Shown piece by piece: positions 11,123 to 25,261 of a DNA stretch of 64,000 nt. The stretch covers positions 10,602,001-10,666,000 of the forward strand of contig CM102286.1 of assembly GCA_046563655.1 (NCBI GenBank), given 5' to 3'. The notes beneath the pieces are model-generated. The model did no database searches. It was given only the letters and a program-made list of their open reading frames with translations, and was not told where the DNA came from. A program made the position numbers and the translations under genes. Source of the DNA: Yuukianura sp. NJ FZ-2021. Its lineage: Eukaryota. Each line of letters starts with the position of its first letter. Position 1 is the stretch's first letter.

Positions 11123-11544
11123 TCATACTCTAATTGACGAGTGTCCCTCCGTCACAATGGGAAAACCCATGCCAAAGCAAACTGTATGTAGAAAAAACGC
11201 TCTGCTTGGAAGAGTGGAACGATCCTGGGGTGTCCCTTTTACATTACTCCTCCAACACAGACTTCCACAAATTCCATCTCAACTCAAAAGCAGGGGGGGG
11301 GGGTCCGGGGGGGCTTGCCCCCCCCTAGCCTTTACAATACATTTTCTATTCAACTAGCCAGAAACCCACTTGAAGCACTAGGTCATACTCGGGTCAAACG
11401 AAAAAGCTAGCGGATTTTTGACAAAATGTTTCAAATCATCCTTCCTTCATGTCAAAAATCCACTAGGCTTTTCGTTTGACCCGAGTATGACCTAGTGCTT
11501 CAAGTGAATTTCGTGATGCGTTAGCATCACGGGTTTCTTACTAG
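11123..11544 (+). mobile_element. Non-autonomous Helitron-like element
   Basis: 3' hairpin CGTGATGC-gtta-GCATCACG, then CTAG (11541-11544) followed by T; candidate 5' TC at 11123 (less certain); internal ~38-bp inverted repeat within 11368-11506. Confidence 0.65.
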
Positions 11545-11834
11545 TACATAGTAGTTGTTTGTTGTGAGGATACGATCCCCAATTATCAAATTAATTGTAT
11601 AATTGAAAATATAAGATAAATTAAAAAAGTAATTAAAAAGATGAAATAATTGAAAATATTAACTTAGGGTATTGGCCATAAGTTTAATCATATGTATTGT
11701 GAAAATCGTGATCCCATATGGGATACAAATCGACCTTGCGTTCATTGGTGTGCTCAAGCCATCAATAAAGAAAGGGGACCTTTGTAGGTATGATTCGTAT
11801 AAAGTCTCCGAGTTTCGACTCTTGTCGAATTCAG

Positions 11835-13526
11835 TTAAGTCACTTTTGGTTTAAAAAACTTGAGCAGTGAATGACTACCTTTTGCCGCTTGGAGGAGCTG
11901 TTTCTGCCTTGCGGTAGTAGGACCCTAAAAAGAAATCAATGGTTTCTTTTAATAAAATATGCGAAGGGTAAATAAAGAAAACTTATAGATAGGTATAAGT
12001 GTTTATGAAACCTTAGGAATTGTTTTTCCTGTTAGTACAGATCCGTAGTCCTCAAGCGGTGTCACTCCGTCCAGGATTTTTTCCATTTTGAACCGCTTGG
12101 ATCTGCCTTCATCATCATCGTTCTTTCTTTTCGCCCGTTCGCAATCAGTTGGAATCCCGAGTGAGTTTTGTAGCTTTTCTTTTAAGGCGTTGTTCAAATA
12201 CTCTGAGACTAAATCGCATCCGTACTGTATGTATTGATCATTTCTTAATTGAGAAAACAAATATTTAGTTTTTCATATTCGTAGTATTTTTATTTTTAAA
12301 AAATGTATAGGTTACCCTTCTTCCGATGCCACTTGAGAGCCCCGGACGAAATTAACTGAGACAGAGGATTCGGACCTTGACAGTTTTGCTTCAGATAAAA
12401 ACTGTGCAACAGCTTTTACTTTCTTCCCCAACCAGTCCAGAGTTTTCAGTTCATCAAAGATGTACGCTTCAATATCACCATTGACTATGAATTTAGGAGA
12501 AAGTTTAAAATAGTTTAAATTGAAGTAATGCGAAACTCGAATTAAAACAAGACGTACAGTAGTATTTCTGCAACGATAAGACACTGTGTCGATGAAGTAA
12601 CAACGGAGTTTTATACCTAACTTTAACGTTGTTATAGTTTACAAGATAATATGTTTCGCGTTTCGAAGAATGCGTACCTTTCTTGATTGAGATATTAAGA
12701 AGTTGATCTGTTGTGATTCCTTTGTGTATTCCTTCCGAAAACGTCGAAGGGTAATACTCAATGAGGTGGTCCATTAATGGTCTAGCGTACAAACTCTGGC
12801 ACCAGAAGTAAACAGTAATGAAATGCAGTATACTGAATATTTCATTTCGTTAATCGTTAAACTTACTAACTCAAAAAATCAATATACCTTTGACATTGCT
12901 GGAATTATGAAGTACAGCGGATCAACAGGCGTAAATACATATAAATTTCCATTGGAAGATACATTGTTGCCAATAAACCAGCTCCTGTAATAATTAAAAC
13001 TTAAACGAATTAGTTGGTTGTTTCAACAATAACGTATTAGGCAACAAAATTATATTTAATACATATGATATTTACGATAGCCCTTCCTCCTCCGTCATTG
13101 CTAAGACTTCAAAGACAAAATTTGATGTCCTTCTCCTTTCGGTGATGGCGTCGCCAGTACTGCTTACATCAAAGACGAATAATGCATCCTCCTGTGTTTT
13201 TGGATGAGGCAGCAAAACGGTTTTGACATTTTTCCATTGTACTTGCGAAATACCTTTGTTTAAAAATTGCAATCTTTTTATATATAGGAGACTAACATTT
13301 GTCAATGAAAAGGTTGAGAAACCTGTTACACACCTATATGAGCAATAAATACTCTACGGGCAACACCGTCCTCCTCATTCGTTAATTGCTTGACTCTCTT
13401 CGATTCAAACCTACGGCGTCGGTTGCTTGCGATCCTACCGGTGTCACCGGTGGTTTCATCGTCCGAAATCTCTCGGTGCTCATAGTGAGTACCATCAGCC
13501 CTTTCGTTTTCTTCAGAAGAACTCAT
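11835..13526 (-). CDS. RNASEH2B: Ribonuclease H2 subunit B, multi-exon
   Basis: Spliced segments LLPHPKTQEDALFVF...FEV, SWFIGNNVSSNGNLYVFTPVDPLYFIIP, FDELKTLDWLGKKV, YGCDLVSEYL, TPLEDY and a C-terminal PIP-box-like KGSHSLLKFF match RNASEH2B motifs in order. Internal exon edges are approximate. Confidence 0.82.
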
Positions 13527-14186
13527 CCTGCTGCTGAAGGTAGTGTAATTTACAATCGAGAATTCACCCTTGTTGGCTACGCCAAATTGATGTCACCAAT
13601 AAAGGCACCGCGTGAGGTGTGAGTGTCCGTGTGACACGCTACAACTGATTTCTACAGGAATAGAACAAAAAAAAAAAACAAACTGAATGGCAATATGAAT
13701 CACATATCGTTTACAACGTTGTAAACTGCAAAGTTAGAAATTTTTTTTTAATATTTCCTTACGTATTACGTCGAACGCGAAGGCGAACCAATTCAAACGA
13801 CCGAAACAAAAACTCTGATGTGCTGTCTGAACAAAGTGCTCGTAACTTTGTACAGGAACTCCAGAACTGACTGGAAACCACAACAACAATTCTCCCACGT
13901 CCCACCAACTTTTCACTCGATCCCACCACTAGGAAATGCTGGGAAGGCACCGGAGAAAAAACTTCCCTCTCTTATTATACACCCGCTGCTTAACTGCTTA
14001 CTTCCGAAGCTGGACCCACTATTCCGCTGATTCGTCAGAAATCGCATTCGTATCCGTATTTAAATTATTTAGTAAAAACATCCGGAATGTGTTACTTCAA
14101 ATTGGCCAAATATTTAAGTAAATATTTACTTAAAAAGCGAATATTTACCAAAATACTAATAAAAACTTAGTCCGGCTGTTCAAATT

Positions 14187-14598
14187 CGTAGCAGGTCATA
14201 GCCGACAATTTCAATAAAAGCCGACAATTCCATAGCCGACAATTTCAAAAGCCGACAATTCCAAAGCCGACAATCCTAACGCCGGCAACGTCAATAGCCG
14301 ACAACGGCTAAAGCCGACAAAATTGAAAACGATTATACTATAGCCAGGTTAGGTTGTTTTAATGTGTAGTATTTTGCTTGATTATGATTAGCCTAGGTTA
14401 GGTTTGGCTAGGTTAAGGTAAAGTGAATTACGACGTAGGTTTCTGATTATGTTTAAGTTTAACGAGTTCCTAGAGAATTTTGTCGCCTTTAGCCGTTGTC
14501 GGCTATTGACGTTGTCGGCTTTAGTATTATCGGGTTTGGAATTTTCGGCTTTTGAACTTGTCGGCTGTTGAGTTGATTGTCGGCTATGACCTGCTACG
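14187..14598. mobile_element. MITE with TIRs and GCCGACAA subterminal repeats
   Basis: CGTAGCAGGTCATAGCCGACAAT...ATTGTCGGCTATGACCTGCTACG; central TAGGTT-rich patch; no clear TSD. Confidence 0.78.
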
Positions 14599-14729
14599 GT
14601 TTTCTCCCTTCATATATGCTAGGTCATTTAACATTTCGTATGCGGGTTTTTCATTACCTTGAGTTTGATAATTCCAGAGAAAAAAGAAACTTTTTTTTAC
14701 TTTTTATTTCGGCCAACTCAGGTTTGATT

Positions 14730-17254
14730 TTTTTTTTTTTTTGAAACATTTTTATTTCTGAACCTTAATTTAAAAACACTTGGATGAAACTTAAATACTA
14801 GAGATAAAATATTTCCAATAATTCTCTTCCGGGAGGAAGCGTTCCTAAGATTGAGGCACAGTTGCCACGTTGCATTTCAAGGCTAATTCTCTGGAAAAGG
14901 AATGACGTCGCTTTTTGTTCCCCAGTGTAGTCAGCAATCCGTTGGCCAATAGACTTCAGTATCTTCAGACCTTCGTCTCCAATGACCCCGGATGATTCAA
15001 TTGCGATAATTGATACGATGAAACGATCTTCAAGTTCTGCGTAGACGTTATGTTTGTGTGTTTCGGCGAGAGCAGCGGCATGTCCGCAGACGTTTGAACA
15101 TGAGTGGACATAGGATGATGCGAACGTATCCCGACATGTAAAATCCCACGCTAAGGAACGACCAGACTTCCAAGGAATTAATGTGATGCCATCCGGTCGT
15201 TTTCCGTCAGATCTCGAACAACCGGGCGGTTCCTTGATGCTTGGAATTCCTGCTGAGCGAAGCGCACGAAAGATTAAGTCGTTGACAGAGGTATGTCTGG
15301 AGTGGCGTCCAGCGCTTTTTAAACAGCTTAGGCCGTGAAGTCCGTCGCTAGAAACTTGAGCTCCGCAAACACATTTGTGTGAAAGGCAGATATCTGAGCC
15401 GAGGCGTAGAGCACATGAGATTCTGAAGCATTCGTTATTTAGCAGGGTGCCAAGTTGAGGAGAAGGAATCGCGTTCAGCCAGTCACCGGCATGTGGAGAA
15501 GCGACAGCAAGAAGGCGAGCTTTGTCAGTAGGTGTTGAGCAATTGTTAAGCAGCTCGTTGTAGGTACTTTGACTGATTTCAAAGTCCCATTGTCTTTGTA
15601 TTTTTGGATTTTCTGGAAGCACGAATCCTTTCTCTAACCATTGTGTAGAAGCCAGATCCAAAGACAGATCGGAACGTGACAGATTGCTTGGCAGAAAGAG
15701 GTCGACGAGATCAGAACAGCAGTGGATTGAAGCCAAAAATGAAACGGTAGCACAATCGACTGCATGACGGATTCCCAGACCTCCTTGGGAGACAGGAAGA
15801 GAAGATTGTCGCCAAGAGGAATCTGATAAGTTGATGTTCAGGGTGTTCACTAAGACTTGACGAAGACAATTGTCGTAGGTTGTCAGTAGGTCGTTTTCCA
15901 GGAATGATGGGAAGCAACGTAGGAAGTAAATCAGCCTCGGGGTAGAAATAGAAGCTCGTAGGAGGAATAGTGCTGCGTGGGCAGGCAGTAAAGAAAGCTT
16001 AGCAGAGAGGCGACTGAAATCTTCAGTTTTCTTTTTGATTATGCGACGGCAGGAAGCAGTGGTTAGAGGTGCACCAAGCAGTTCGGCGTTTTCTGGGTTA
16101 GGGACGCCAATGTCGGCGGCAAACGCGCGAAAAGAATTCACGATGGAGCAACTTTCAGATGGACTTGCGCTGAGGACAATGATTTCACATTTCTTGAAGT
16201 TGAGTTGTAGGCCAAAAGTAGCAGCATCTTCATCAATTCGCTTCAGTTCAGATAAGACGGCATCAGGAGAGTCTCCAATAGTAGCATCATCAAGATACCA
16301 GACATTGAATTCCGACTTGATAGAAGTAGCCAGAGGATGGACTGTCAGGGCAAAGAGGGCTGGACCAAGGGGATCCCCCTGCTGCACACCTAGACTGGAC
16401 TTGATTCGGCAGGATCCATAGAACAAGTCGGAATCCGTTGAGTAGGATTGAGATATGAAGTTGTAGAACTCAGGGAAGTTATGTTTTACTGATTGCAGCA
16501 TTTTGTCTCTTCGAATAAGATTGAATGCGTTGCGGAAGTCTAACTTGAGCAGCACCTTAGGAGATGGATGAGGAGTATTTGTGTAGATTCTAGCAGCATG
16601 GGCGATTGCTTCTGCTCCGTTTTTCACACCAACGCCAACTTGTGCAGGACTCAGGAATGGGGTAAGATTCTTCATCATTTCGGACAGGACGAGTTTCGAA
16701 ACTAGGCGCCGCCAAACCAAACCAATTGCAATCGGACGAATGCCTCCTGTTTTCTTCTCAATGGCGACCAGCGAGGCTCCGAAAAATAGTGGACGAATTT
16801 GATCAGGAAGAGAACCATTAACAACGAGATTCGCTAACTTCGTAATCGAAGATATGAGGTTGATCCCTGCATCTCCCGTTGATTTTCCGATTAGCTCCTT
16901 GAGAATTTGTGGTCGCAAAGAATCTAGGCCTCCTGAAGAACCATTCCGGAATGATAGGATGGACTTTGTTATTTGTTGATCTTCCAAATGGATTTCGTTT
17001 GGCTGTGTTTGAACAGGAAGTTGACTTGGTTCGGGGTGTTTTGGATGCAGAAGCTGTAGGGCGGCAAGTGTGGCAGTATCTTCGGTAGCCAAAGAGTCGT
17101 CGCAGCAGAGTATACGAACAGCTCCGTGGATGTCGCCATCAGCAAGCTTGGAGAGAATCCGAGAAGACAATTTAAAGTCTGAAGGTTTTTTCTGACTGGA
17201 GTGGAAACCGGAATTGGAGATTGAAGATGAGTGCAGGTTCAAAGGTAATGATGA
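14730..17254 (-). mobile_element. 5'-truncated CRE-clade non-LTR retrotransposon (RT plus restriction-like endonuclease); ORF 14798-17242 open
   Basis: RT motifs GIRPIAIG, KLDFRNAFN, GVQQGDPLGP, YLDD; CCHC-like CVCG...HGLSC; RHTSVN; RPDG...WDFT endonuclease. Poly(A) tail and 10-bp TSD AGGTTTGATT at 14720-14729 and 17255-17264. Confidence 0.92.
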
Positions 17255-17379
17255 AGGTTTGATTATTTAATAAAACAAAAATTTTCTTATGTTGACACTT
17301 GTCAAACGTGAACGTTTTTTTTTTTGGCTGCAGAATTAAGGAGCCCAGAAGGGCCACGTGCATTTTCATTTTGAAATTA

Positions 17380-17635
17380 AAAATGGCAAATTGCAATTGA
17401 AAATGCTTTTTGAAATGAAATGCAATTGAAAATGCTTTTTCAAATAAAATGCAATTGCGAATGCTTTTCAAAATGAAATTCAATTGAAAATGCTTTTTAA
17501 AATGAAATGCAATTGAAAATGCATTTGAAAATGCTTTTTAAAATGAAATGCAATTAAAATTGCATTTGAAAATGCTTTTTGAAATGAAATGCAATTTAAA
17601 ATGCATTTGAAAATGCTTTTTGAATTACAAAATGC
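17380..17635. repeat. AT-rich minisatellite (AATGCAATTGAAAATGCTTTTTGAAATGA-like), possibly inside a small TIR element
   Basis: About 8 imperfect tandem copies, flanked by weakly inverted GAGCCCAGAAGGGCCA / TGGCACTCTGGGGCC. Confidence 0.75.
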
Positions 17636-17680
17636 GAAAAAGAGCATTGGCACTCTGGGGCCACCATAGTCCCTATAAAG

Positions 17681-19821
17681 TTGTATTACGCGTGCCGGCA
17701 GAATGGAACTTGGGTAAGTGATTCTGAGATCATACATCTTACAAGTCCTTTGAGCAAGCATAATGACAAAATAAACTACATTGAAGTTTTCCTGGTAATC
17801 ACAAGCAGTAGTTCTGCAGAACCGGAATCATTTTCTAAAATTTTTACTAAACATCTCAACGGCTATTTGATGAAAGCCCTATTTGGACCACTAGCTTCGG
17901 TTCATATTATGGCTTTCAAGTACTCGATCGATATTAGCAACAAAATAGCGGACTTCTACCAAGATGCATTAACACTTCATCATCACCTAGAACTCCATTC
18001 TCGACTGAACGAGACTGGTGACAATTACCTAATTTCAAAAATATTTGTTATTTGCGTTATGCGAGTATGGCGGGAGGAGGAGCAGGATGATGACGTATAT
18101 CATAAGTGGAACGAGATGAACATAACGCAAGCGCTGTCTTTCAACAACTTTCGAAATTTGGCCACAACAGCTGAAATAGAAGGAAGGAATGCTCTTTTCT
18201 TTCCAGAGCAAAATGTAACCGAGGGGTAAATACCCGTTACTGAAATTTTGAATCCGTTCAAAGCACATGACCTTGAACGTGAAGGGTATGATTTTCATAG
18301 GTATGTTGGCTTACTTTTACATTATAAGCAGGGGATTCTCGTTCTACCCAACAGAAGAGATTTCCCAGATGCATTTTCAAGGCGAAACATGAGTCGTCTG
18401 GAGTTAGTTTATCCAAAAGCAATAGAAACAAATTTCTTCCCAATTACTAACAAGTCCATAAATTTCTTAACTGGTGATGGAACAAGTGACGCCCTGACTT
18501 TTGAAATTTGTAGAAAGCCATACGATACATGGTCTTGGGGTGCAATGTTAGCAACAGGAATCTTGTTAATATGTTATGCTACATTGGCCGTCCGTCGGCA
18601 ACCATACAAAACTTCTTTACATCTCGTTTGTTTGGACTTTTTATTCGTAGTTTACGGAAGTCTAGTTGAAATGTTTCGTGAAACACGATATTATATTGGC
18701 GGAAACGGCAAAATACTTGTGATTAGTTTGTGGATGTTGATGACTGTAATTCTGACAAATGCATACAAAGGAGTAGTCGTTTCGTATTTAACCAACGAAA
18801 GACCTGTTTGGCAAAAATACGAAAATTTCAATCAGTTGGAAGATTTTGTGGTATTAACCAATTGGGTCTTTGCATACGAATACATCGACAGCATTGCTGA
18901 TTTTCACAACTCCAAGGTACTATTCCATCCAGTGGAGCTCAAGACCATTTTCTACTGCGACTGTGTCTCATATGAACATATCCGGCCAGTCAAACCAAAA
19001 ACTTATCGTCATTCGTTCCCAGTTGGTATTTCCAAAAATACTGCTCTCCAGGGAGTAGTAGATTTCATGAATTTAAAGCATTTCCAGTGCCATGAGCGAA
19101 GTAGCGACGACTTTGCTAGTGCCGATTGTCATGACGACTACATATACGCTAACCAGACTCAAGAAATTATCAGCAAACGGCGTCCTGGCACAGATGACTT
19201 GACCGTAAGGCGTAAATTTCCATCTACGTTTATACTTGCTGAACCTCGCGTACTGAAGTTGCAGTATCCCATACTCTTTCTAACCACACATGTACAACGA
19301 ACACTATCTGAAATTTTGTCGCTTTGTTCGAAATTGGCGCTTCTGGCAGCAGACGAATACTTGAATATATTTTTAGCATACTAAAAGAAAAACACCGTGT
19401 GGGTTTGAACTCTAATGGAGATCAGGAAGTAGTCTTCCGTAAAGGCACGGGACCTCTGGGTACATTTGTTGTAGGGTACGAACTAGTTGCTAAGCATCAA
19501 TACGAACGATTGCATCAACTCATGCAGTCTGGAATTTATGGTTTTTGGAAAAAATGGTTTCCCATCACTAGACCTAATGCAATAGACAAGCTTATAAATG
19601 AGCACAAAAAAATTCAATCATTGAACCAAAACCCCAAACAACTAAAGTTGACTGGAAACATTGTAACATGTTTTTATATGATTCTGTGTTGTTTGGGTTT
19701 ATGTAGTTTAGTATTACTCGACGAAGTAAGGCTACTAATTTTTAGTTATTCGACTCACTTAATAACTAGGTTAAAAAGTGCCAATTTACGTTCTGTCACA
19801 ATTAAAAAACTTAACACATAA
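17681..19821 (+). pseudogene. Divergent ionotropic receptor (IR/iGluR)-like chemoreceptor gene, apparently intronless and disrupted
   Basis: KPYDTWSW-TM1, VYGSLVE pore-like segment, LWMLMTVILTNAYKGVVVSYLT (M3-like), LMQSGIYGFW, LKLTGNIVTCFY-TM. In-frame TAA at 18227-18229 and frameshift near 19375. Confidence 0.72.
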
Positions 19822-20422
19822 GTTTCCAAGTTTTCGTCATAAAGCTACATAAATGTTTACAGCAAGACAACTCCGCCAGGAATAGAAGTGAACAGTACAC
19901 TTGTTAGTTCTAGAAGAATTAATCATATCATTTGTTCACAACGCCGATTTGTTTTCGATTTGCTCGATTAGTGTAAGCGGAATTTTAGTTTGAAACGGTA
20001 ATGAATACTCTCTTGTGTCGTATTAATATAAACGTCTACGACTCTTCTCAAAAAGTAGAAGAGCGATTTCTTCGTAGTATTTTTTTCAGAAAAGATTCAA
20101 AAAGAGTAAATTCTTGGCTTTGTGAGGATGACTTTGTATCCATGTCTTATGTTCATAGAACTATTTAAAGGTGAACGTCAAGATGATAGGCATCAACTTT
20201 GTGTAAGATAAATGCTTTTGCGAATATGACACTTAAAAATTGAACATGAAACATTGTTTAAAGTACAAGTACGTATATTTACTCCGATTAGAAACGCCAA
20301 ATGATTCAAAAGTCAGTAAAATGTCAGTCATTCAAAACGACAAATTTTGGCCCTTGTTAAAATTAAATTTTATCAGATTCTTTTAGATTAAGGAAACTGG
20401 AATTTAGAATTTTTAGAATGTT

Positions 20423-21253
20423 TTATTTAGTTAAACACATTGGAAATTCTAGTTTGTCTTGGCTACAGAAATAGACGTTTCCATTGAAAGTAACGGATAG
20501 GTCAGATGCGTCGTTTCCACTGAAAAATAATGGGATGCGAATTTCAATGGATGGATCCTCAGTGCTGTCTAGTTGAATGACACATCTTGCAATAAAGAGG
20601 TCATTGATCTTCAATGGCTTCGGTTTGGTTGCAGGAAACGATGATACGATTGCGGCTGATGTCCAACCAATATTCACGCTTTTTGGTACCACCATCGTCT
20701 CGAATTCATACAAACTCCTCCAATCACCTCCAGTACTATTTGGAATTGGAACCTCTCCTGTCCATCCCGAAACTGGCTCCATCGTAGGACTCGTTGGTGT
20801 CGGAGCGTATATCGATTGTACCAAATCAACGTTACACCGTAGAGTGCCAAAGTCCACAAAGCCATAGTACCAAGTGCCGCCAGCTCTCATGCGACAAACT
20901 CCGATGTCATGGATAAGGTCACGCCCAACTACGAACGGCTTGTATTTTAAAGTCCGAAAAGTATTTGGATTGGAGGAGCGAAATTCCGGTCCAAAGTTGA
21001 ACAGGGTCGAGGGGCATTCTGGGAAGACAAAAGTATTGTAAAGTTTTAAAATTTTGAATTTATTTTGAATTTATTTTGAAATGGTGTTTTTACTCAAACA
21101 TAATTTACCTTCTGTACCGATGGCTGATCTATCTGGATTCATAAGCGAAGTTGACCCATCGTTGTTAACGAGGCTGGCCTTACGAGAAGCAGAGTGGACC
21201 TTGTTTGTAGCAAACACGGTAAAAAGTACCAAAATTTTGAAAATGTTGTGCAT
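20423..21253 (-). CDS. Secreted DM9/DUF3421-like protein, two exons
   Basis: Signal-peptide-like exon 21253-21109 splices in frame to 21018-20423; PFVVGRD...IGVCR...YGFV, FETMVVPKSVNIGW, LFIARC resemble DM9 repeats. Confidence 0.6.
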
Positions 21254-22280
21254 GACGGCGGCTGAGTTCTTCTGAAGTAAAAGTTTTAGTAATCGCTGAA
21301 ATTGAAACTGTGAACAGTATTTAACACATCGCTTAAAAAGTTTCCAGGCAGGAATTTCGTGAGGAACGTGCTACAATCGGTATAATGTTGGCAGTAGTTA
21401 ATGATGACGTTATTTTTCAAGGTTACTTTGAATCTTGTGATACTTGTTTTATTAGATATTCTAAACAGCATTCTAGGCATCAAATATCAAAATGGAAAAC
21501 TTCCGATGTTGAGGAAATTTGGAGAAGCGAAGATCATCATATTTCAAAAAGTCCAGATGCTTTTTTCAAGAGACAGGTATTTTTCCATGAATCGCGGCAC
21601 GTGTGCAGCATTTTGAATGCAACCTGTTAAATATTTATGCGAAAACGATCAGTGAGTTTTGCATTATATTTTATTCAATTCATTTTTATCTATATTATGT
21701 TTCTTTTTTGCTAAGTTGGTTTTGTGCCATTCTTTCGAATGACTTGCCTGTGAACACTTTGTTTCGAGCGAATTGTTTTAAATCCAAGTGTCGATGGCAA
21801 ATTGTTTCTAAATTCTGAATTGATGCAAACGTAATTTTGTTCTTAAAACCATTGCACCTAAAAGCCAATTGCTTCTAATGGTGTATTTCTTCGAACGAAT
21901 TTTTTTTGCAAAACAATTGTTTCAAAAGCTTAATTGTTTTGAAGAAGTTGTAAAACCAAATTATCTAAAGACTTTCATCTGAAATATATGACCACTGTGA
22001 AAAATATGTGAAATTCAATTATCAGATGCGTTTTTTTAGTTTAATGAAATTTTCTCTGAAAGCGTTTTTCGCCCACTAATTAAGTGCGGAGGTATTGCGA
22101 GTTTTCAATTTCAAAAGTATGAAAATTGCAGATTGTTGAAAATTTGAAACTCTAATGCCAGAAAGTATATAGAAAATCTATTTGTTTCGGTTTCGGATTT
22201 ACTGGTTCATGATTTATTGCTCAAAACTTTGCCTGTCCTAGGGCATCTAAAATTTTGAAATTAACTTAAAACTGTAATAA

Positions 22281-23255
22281 CTAAATACATGCTGCGAATT
22301 CTGTAGAGTCGTCATCACATTCCATTGTGTTTCCGTTGAATTGAATTGTAAAAGTGCCTTTGACCGTAGACAAAAACCCGGGTAGGTTAACCACTGTTCC
22401 GAGCGGCATATCGATTCGACAGCGTGCGACATATACTGTCCCAGCAGCGCCTTGGGAGACGCTAAGTGGTGTGATTCCAGAAGCCCCAAATTTCTTAAAG
22501 TTTCTCTGCTTCACCCAAACCACGTTGAGAGCCTTGGGCACCAAAAGCACTGAATACGTTCGGAAAAAGGCGGAAAAATCAACTGCATCTGTTGATCGGT
22601 TTTTGCAAAAGTAGTTTCCATTCCCGCTTTCATCTAGAGTTTCAAATCCCAAAGTTTCGGGGTTTCCTAGATTCTGGGTTTTGCAAATTCGGATGTCTCC
22701 GCCAGTGAGATCGTCTCCGACGACAAGAGGAATGTAGGCGGATTCCACTGACACGTAGCTGGCACTCACCCATTGATTGACAAACATAAATGACGAACTG
22801 GGGCAACCTGAGACACAAATTCTCAAAATTTACATCAAATTAAACATCAGCTAAACATAAAAAATTTCAAATTTTTTTCAAGGTTCCTTGATAACCGGAT
22901 TGTATTTCCTACAACAGGTTAACTCAGGGTTTTCAAAAATCTTGCTTCAAACAACTTTTAGCACCAATCCCATTTAAATTTCATATTGATTGCAATAGAT
23001 TGCAATTAGCATAAATTTTTCATAGAATAAGCTTTCAAACAAATTTTAAAACTTCGAGTTAGTGAACAACCAGGTGTAAAAAAAAACTTTCTTTTTCTTT
23101 TTGTTTACGAACCTTGATTTTTTCATTTTATTTTTAATTTTGTACTTAAACTTACTTTTGAGTGCCAAACTCCGGACGTTTGTGGCTTCCCCAAGCTGAA
23201 TAGCTGTATTAGCCAGTGACAGTAGAATGTTCATCAAAAGAGATGTGAGATTCAT
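22281..23255 (-). CDS. Tandem paralog of the secreted DM9-like protein, two exons
   Basis: Exon 23255-23156 splices to 22807-22281 in the same intron phase; CPSS..F, PLVVGDD...IRICK, YSVLLVPKALNVVWV, VYVARC, TIQFNGN..C align with the neighbouring gene. Confidence 0.62.
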
Positions 23256-25261
23256 GTTTGTTTTTGAAAATATTAGGTGTGAAGTAAAATTTTGAAATTG
23301 TCGGTTGGAAATTTTTGAAATGGGGAGATAATTCTGTGCTTTAAATAACTTCTAAATGATGGTAAAGCGCGTGCCTTTGAAAGAATAACTCGAAATTTTA
23401 TTTTAAATTGTCTCTGCTTTCCGAAAAGGTGCAATATTTTAATTTCAAAATTTGAAATTTAAATACACAGATTGACGCAGAAAGAATAGGTATAGCGTTT
23501 CCATAATTGCAAACCTACTCTAACTACTTCTAAACTCAAAGTTTTTAAAATTTGGAAAAATTCTGAAACATATTCTATCTACTTATGTATTGACGCAAAG
23601 TAGAGAAAAGTAAAAGTGTATGAAGTAAAGTAAAATGATTATTTCGAAGATGTTGAATGTGGTTGCTTATAAATTTTTATTCTCGCTACTGGGTTAGGCT
23701 AAGCTCATGGTTAAGGCTAAAGTGTGCTTAAGCTTAAGTTAAGTTCAGTGTACGGTTTATTTACTACGGTCGAGCGTTCGGGCTAACAATTTTAAATTCC
23801 CATAGCAACGACGGGTCGTATCTGTCTTGACGATTCCCACAACCTACGATGAAACAGCTTTGCCAACACTAAAATTTCAAATTTTAAAATTCAATTTTTC
23901 TTGGAAAGGTTAAGTAAATTTTGTGTTGAAAAAGTATAAATATCCATTACCCGTTGTTTTTGAGACATCTTGGAGAACTTCTGCCAATAATTCGTTGGAT
24001 CCTGAACTTTGTACTTTCAATATCATTAAACTCAAACTCGCTAGATGTTCCTCGTTCATCTATATGAGACACAATGTTCCTGGGATTGGATGCTGGAATC
24101 AACGTAGAAAGCCAGGATTCTTTACAAAAAAGAAAATACTCTCAGAAACAAATCTACTTTCAAGATACATTTCCAAAATTTAATTTCCAACTTTTTTTGA
24201 CAGTTCAGTGAAACGGTGCAGAACTCTCTGTGTATTTTTGCAGTGTAACGTCGCTCAACTTTTTGGACGAGAGCGAACCTTCTACGTACATCGAAAACTC
24301 CTTTAAAAAATTTTAAAGAAAGGAAAAATCATATCGAAACTCAAAGCAGAAATAAAAAATTCATATATTTTATCAAAATCTGAATTACCTCATTGTTTTT
24401 TCCTTTAATTGCGCTGGAGATGATGTACGTCCCATCACGGATGGATGATTCTTGGGATTTCACAAGCAGTAAAATGTTGCTCAAGTAATTATGCAAATGA
24501 CAAAAACCACTGAAGCCATATTTTAAGATTTTGCGACGTCGGAAGCGTTTTTCTTGTTTTTGTTTTGAAAACGTGTACTAGTTGAAAATATTTTATTTCT
24601 TCTGCCAGATCAGCTGCTGCTGCACATTTATAGCATTTGACCGCACCCTCGCTAACCGCTTACAGTTTTTAACAAAGCACTTTTAGTTAGCTTCTCGTTT
24701 TAGCGGAAACACGTTACCGGTAAAGATAGCGAAGTTTACTGGAATTTATTCAGGAAAGCGACGGGAATTTTTTTCTTTTCAAAAAGTATTTGACTCAAAC
24801 TAAAACCTAACGCGCGCAAGCCAGAAAAAAAATTTGCAAAGCGCAGAATTTCGTGTTCAAAGCTTAGAAAAAAAAATCAGCGGAAACACGTTACCACTAA
24901 AGATTACGAAGTTAACTGGAATTTATTCAGGAAAACGTAAGATAATGCGTTCATGGCACAAAGTTTCGCAATTCTTTTAGCTTAAAGCTAAGTAATTGAA
25001 GAAATTTAAAAAAATCCGCACAAGCAAAAAAGAAAAAAGAATTTTTTCCCCAAGGTTTATAGAATTCGGTTCTTTTACGCTTCACCCCAATCTGTATTAA
25101 GGCTCGCAAATACCCTGGAAACTGGGGGTCAAAATGGGGCTGTAACTCATGAAATGAAAAATAATCTGGATCAGCGTAGGAAGGTCGTGCAATGACCCAA
25201 AATATATCAAACTTTAGGAAAAGACTTGACCTAGTATCCTGTTGAGAAAAAATTACAACAT

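Noticed and set aside
23950..24520. Third secreted-protein paralog
   Set aside because: Signal-peptide-like start but several stops and no clear similarity to the DM9-like pair.
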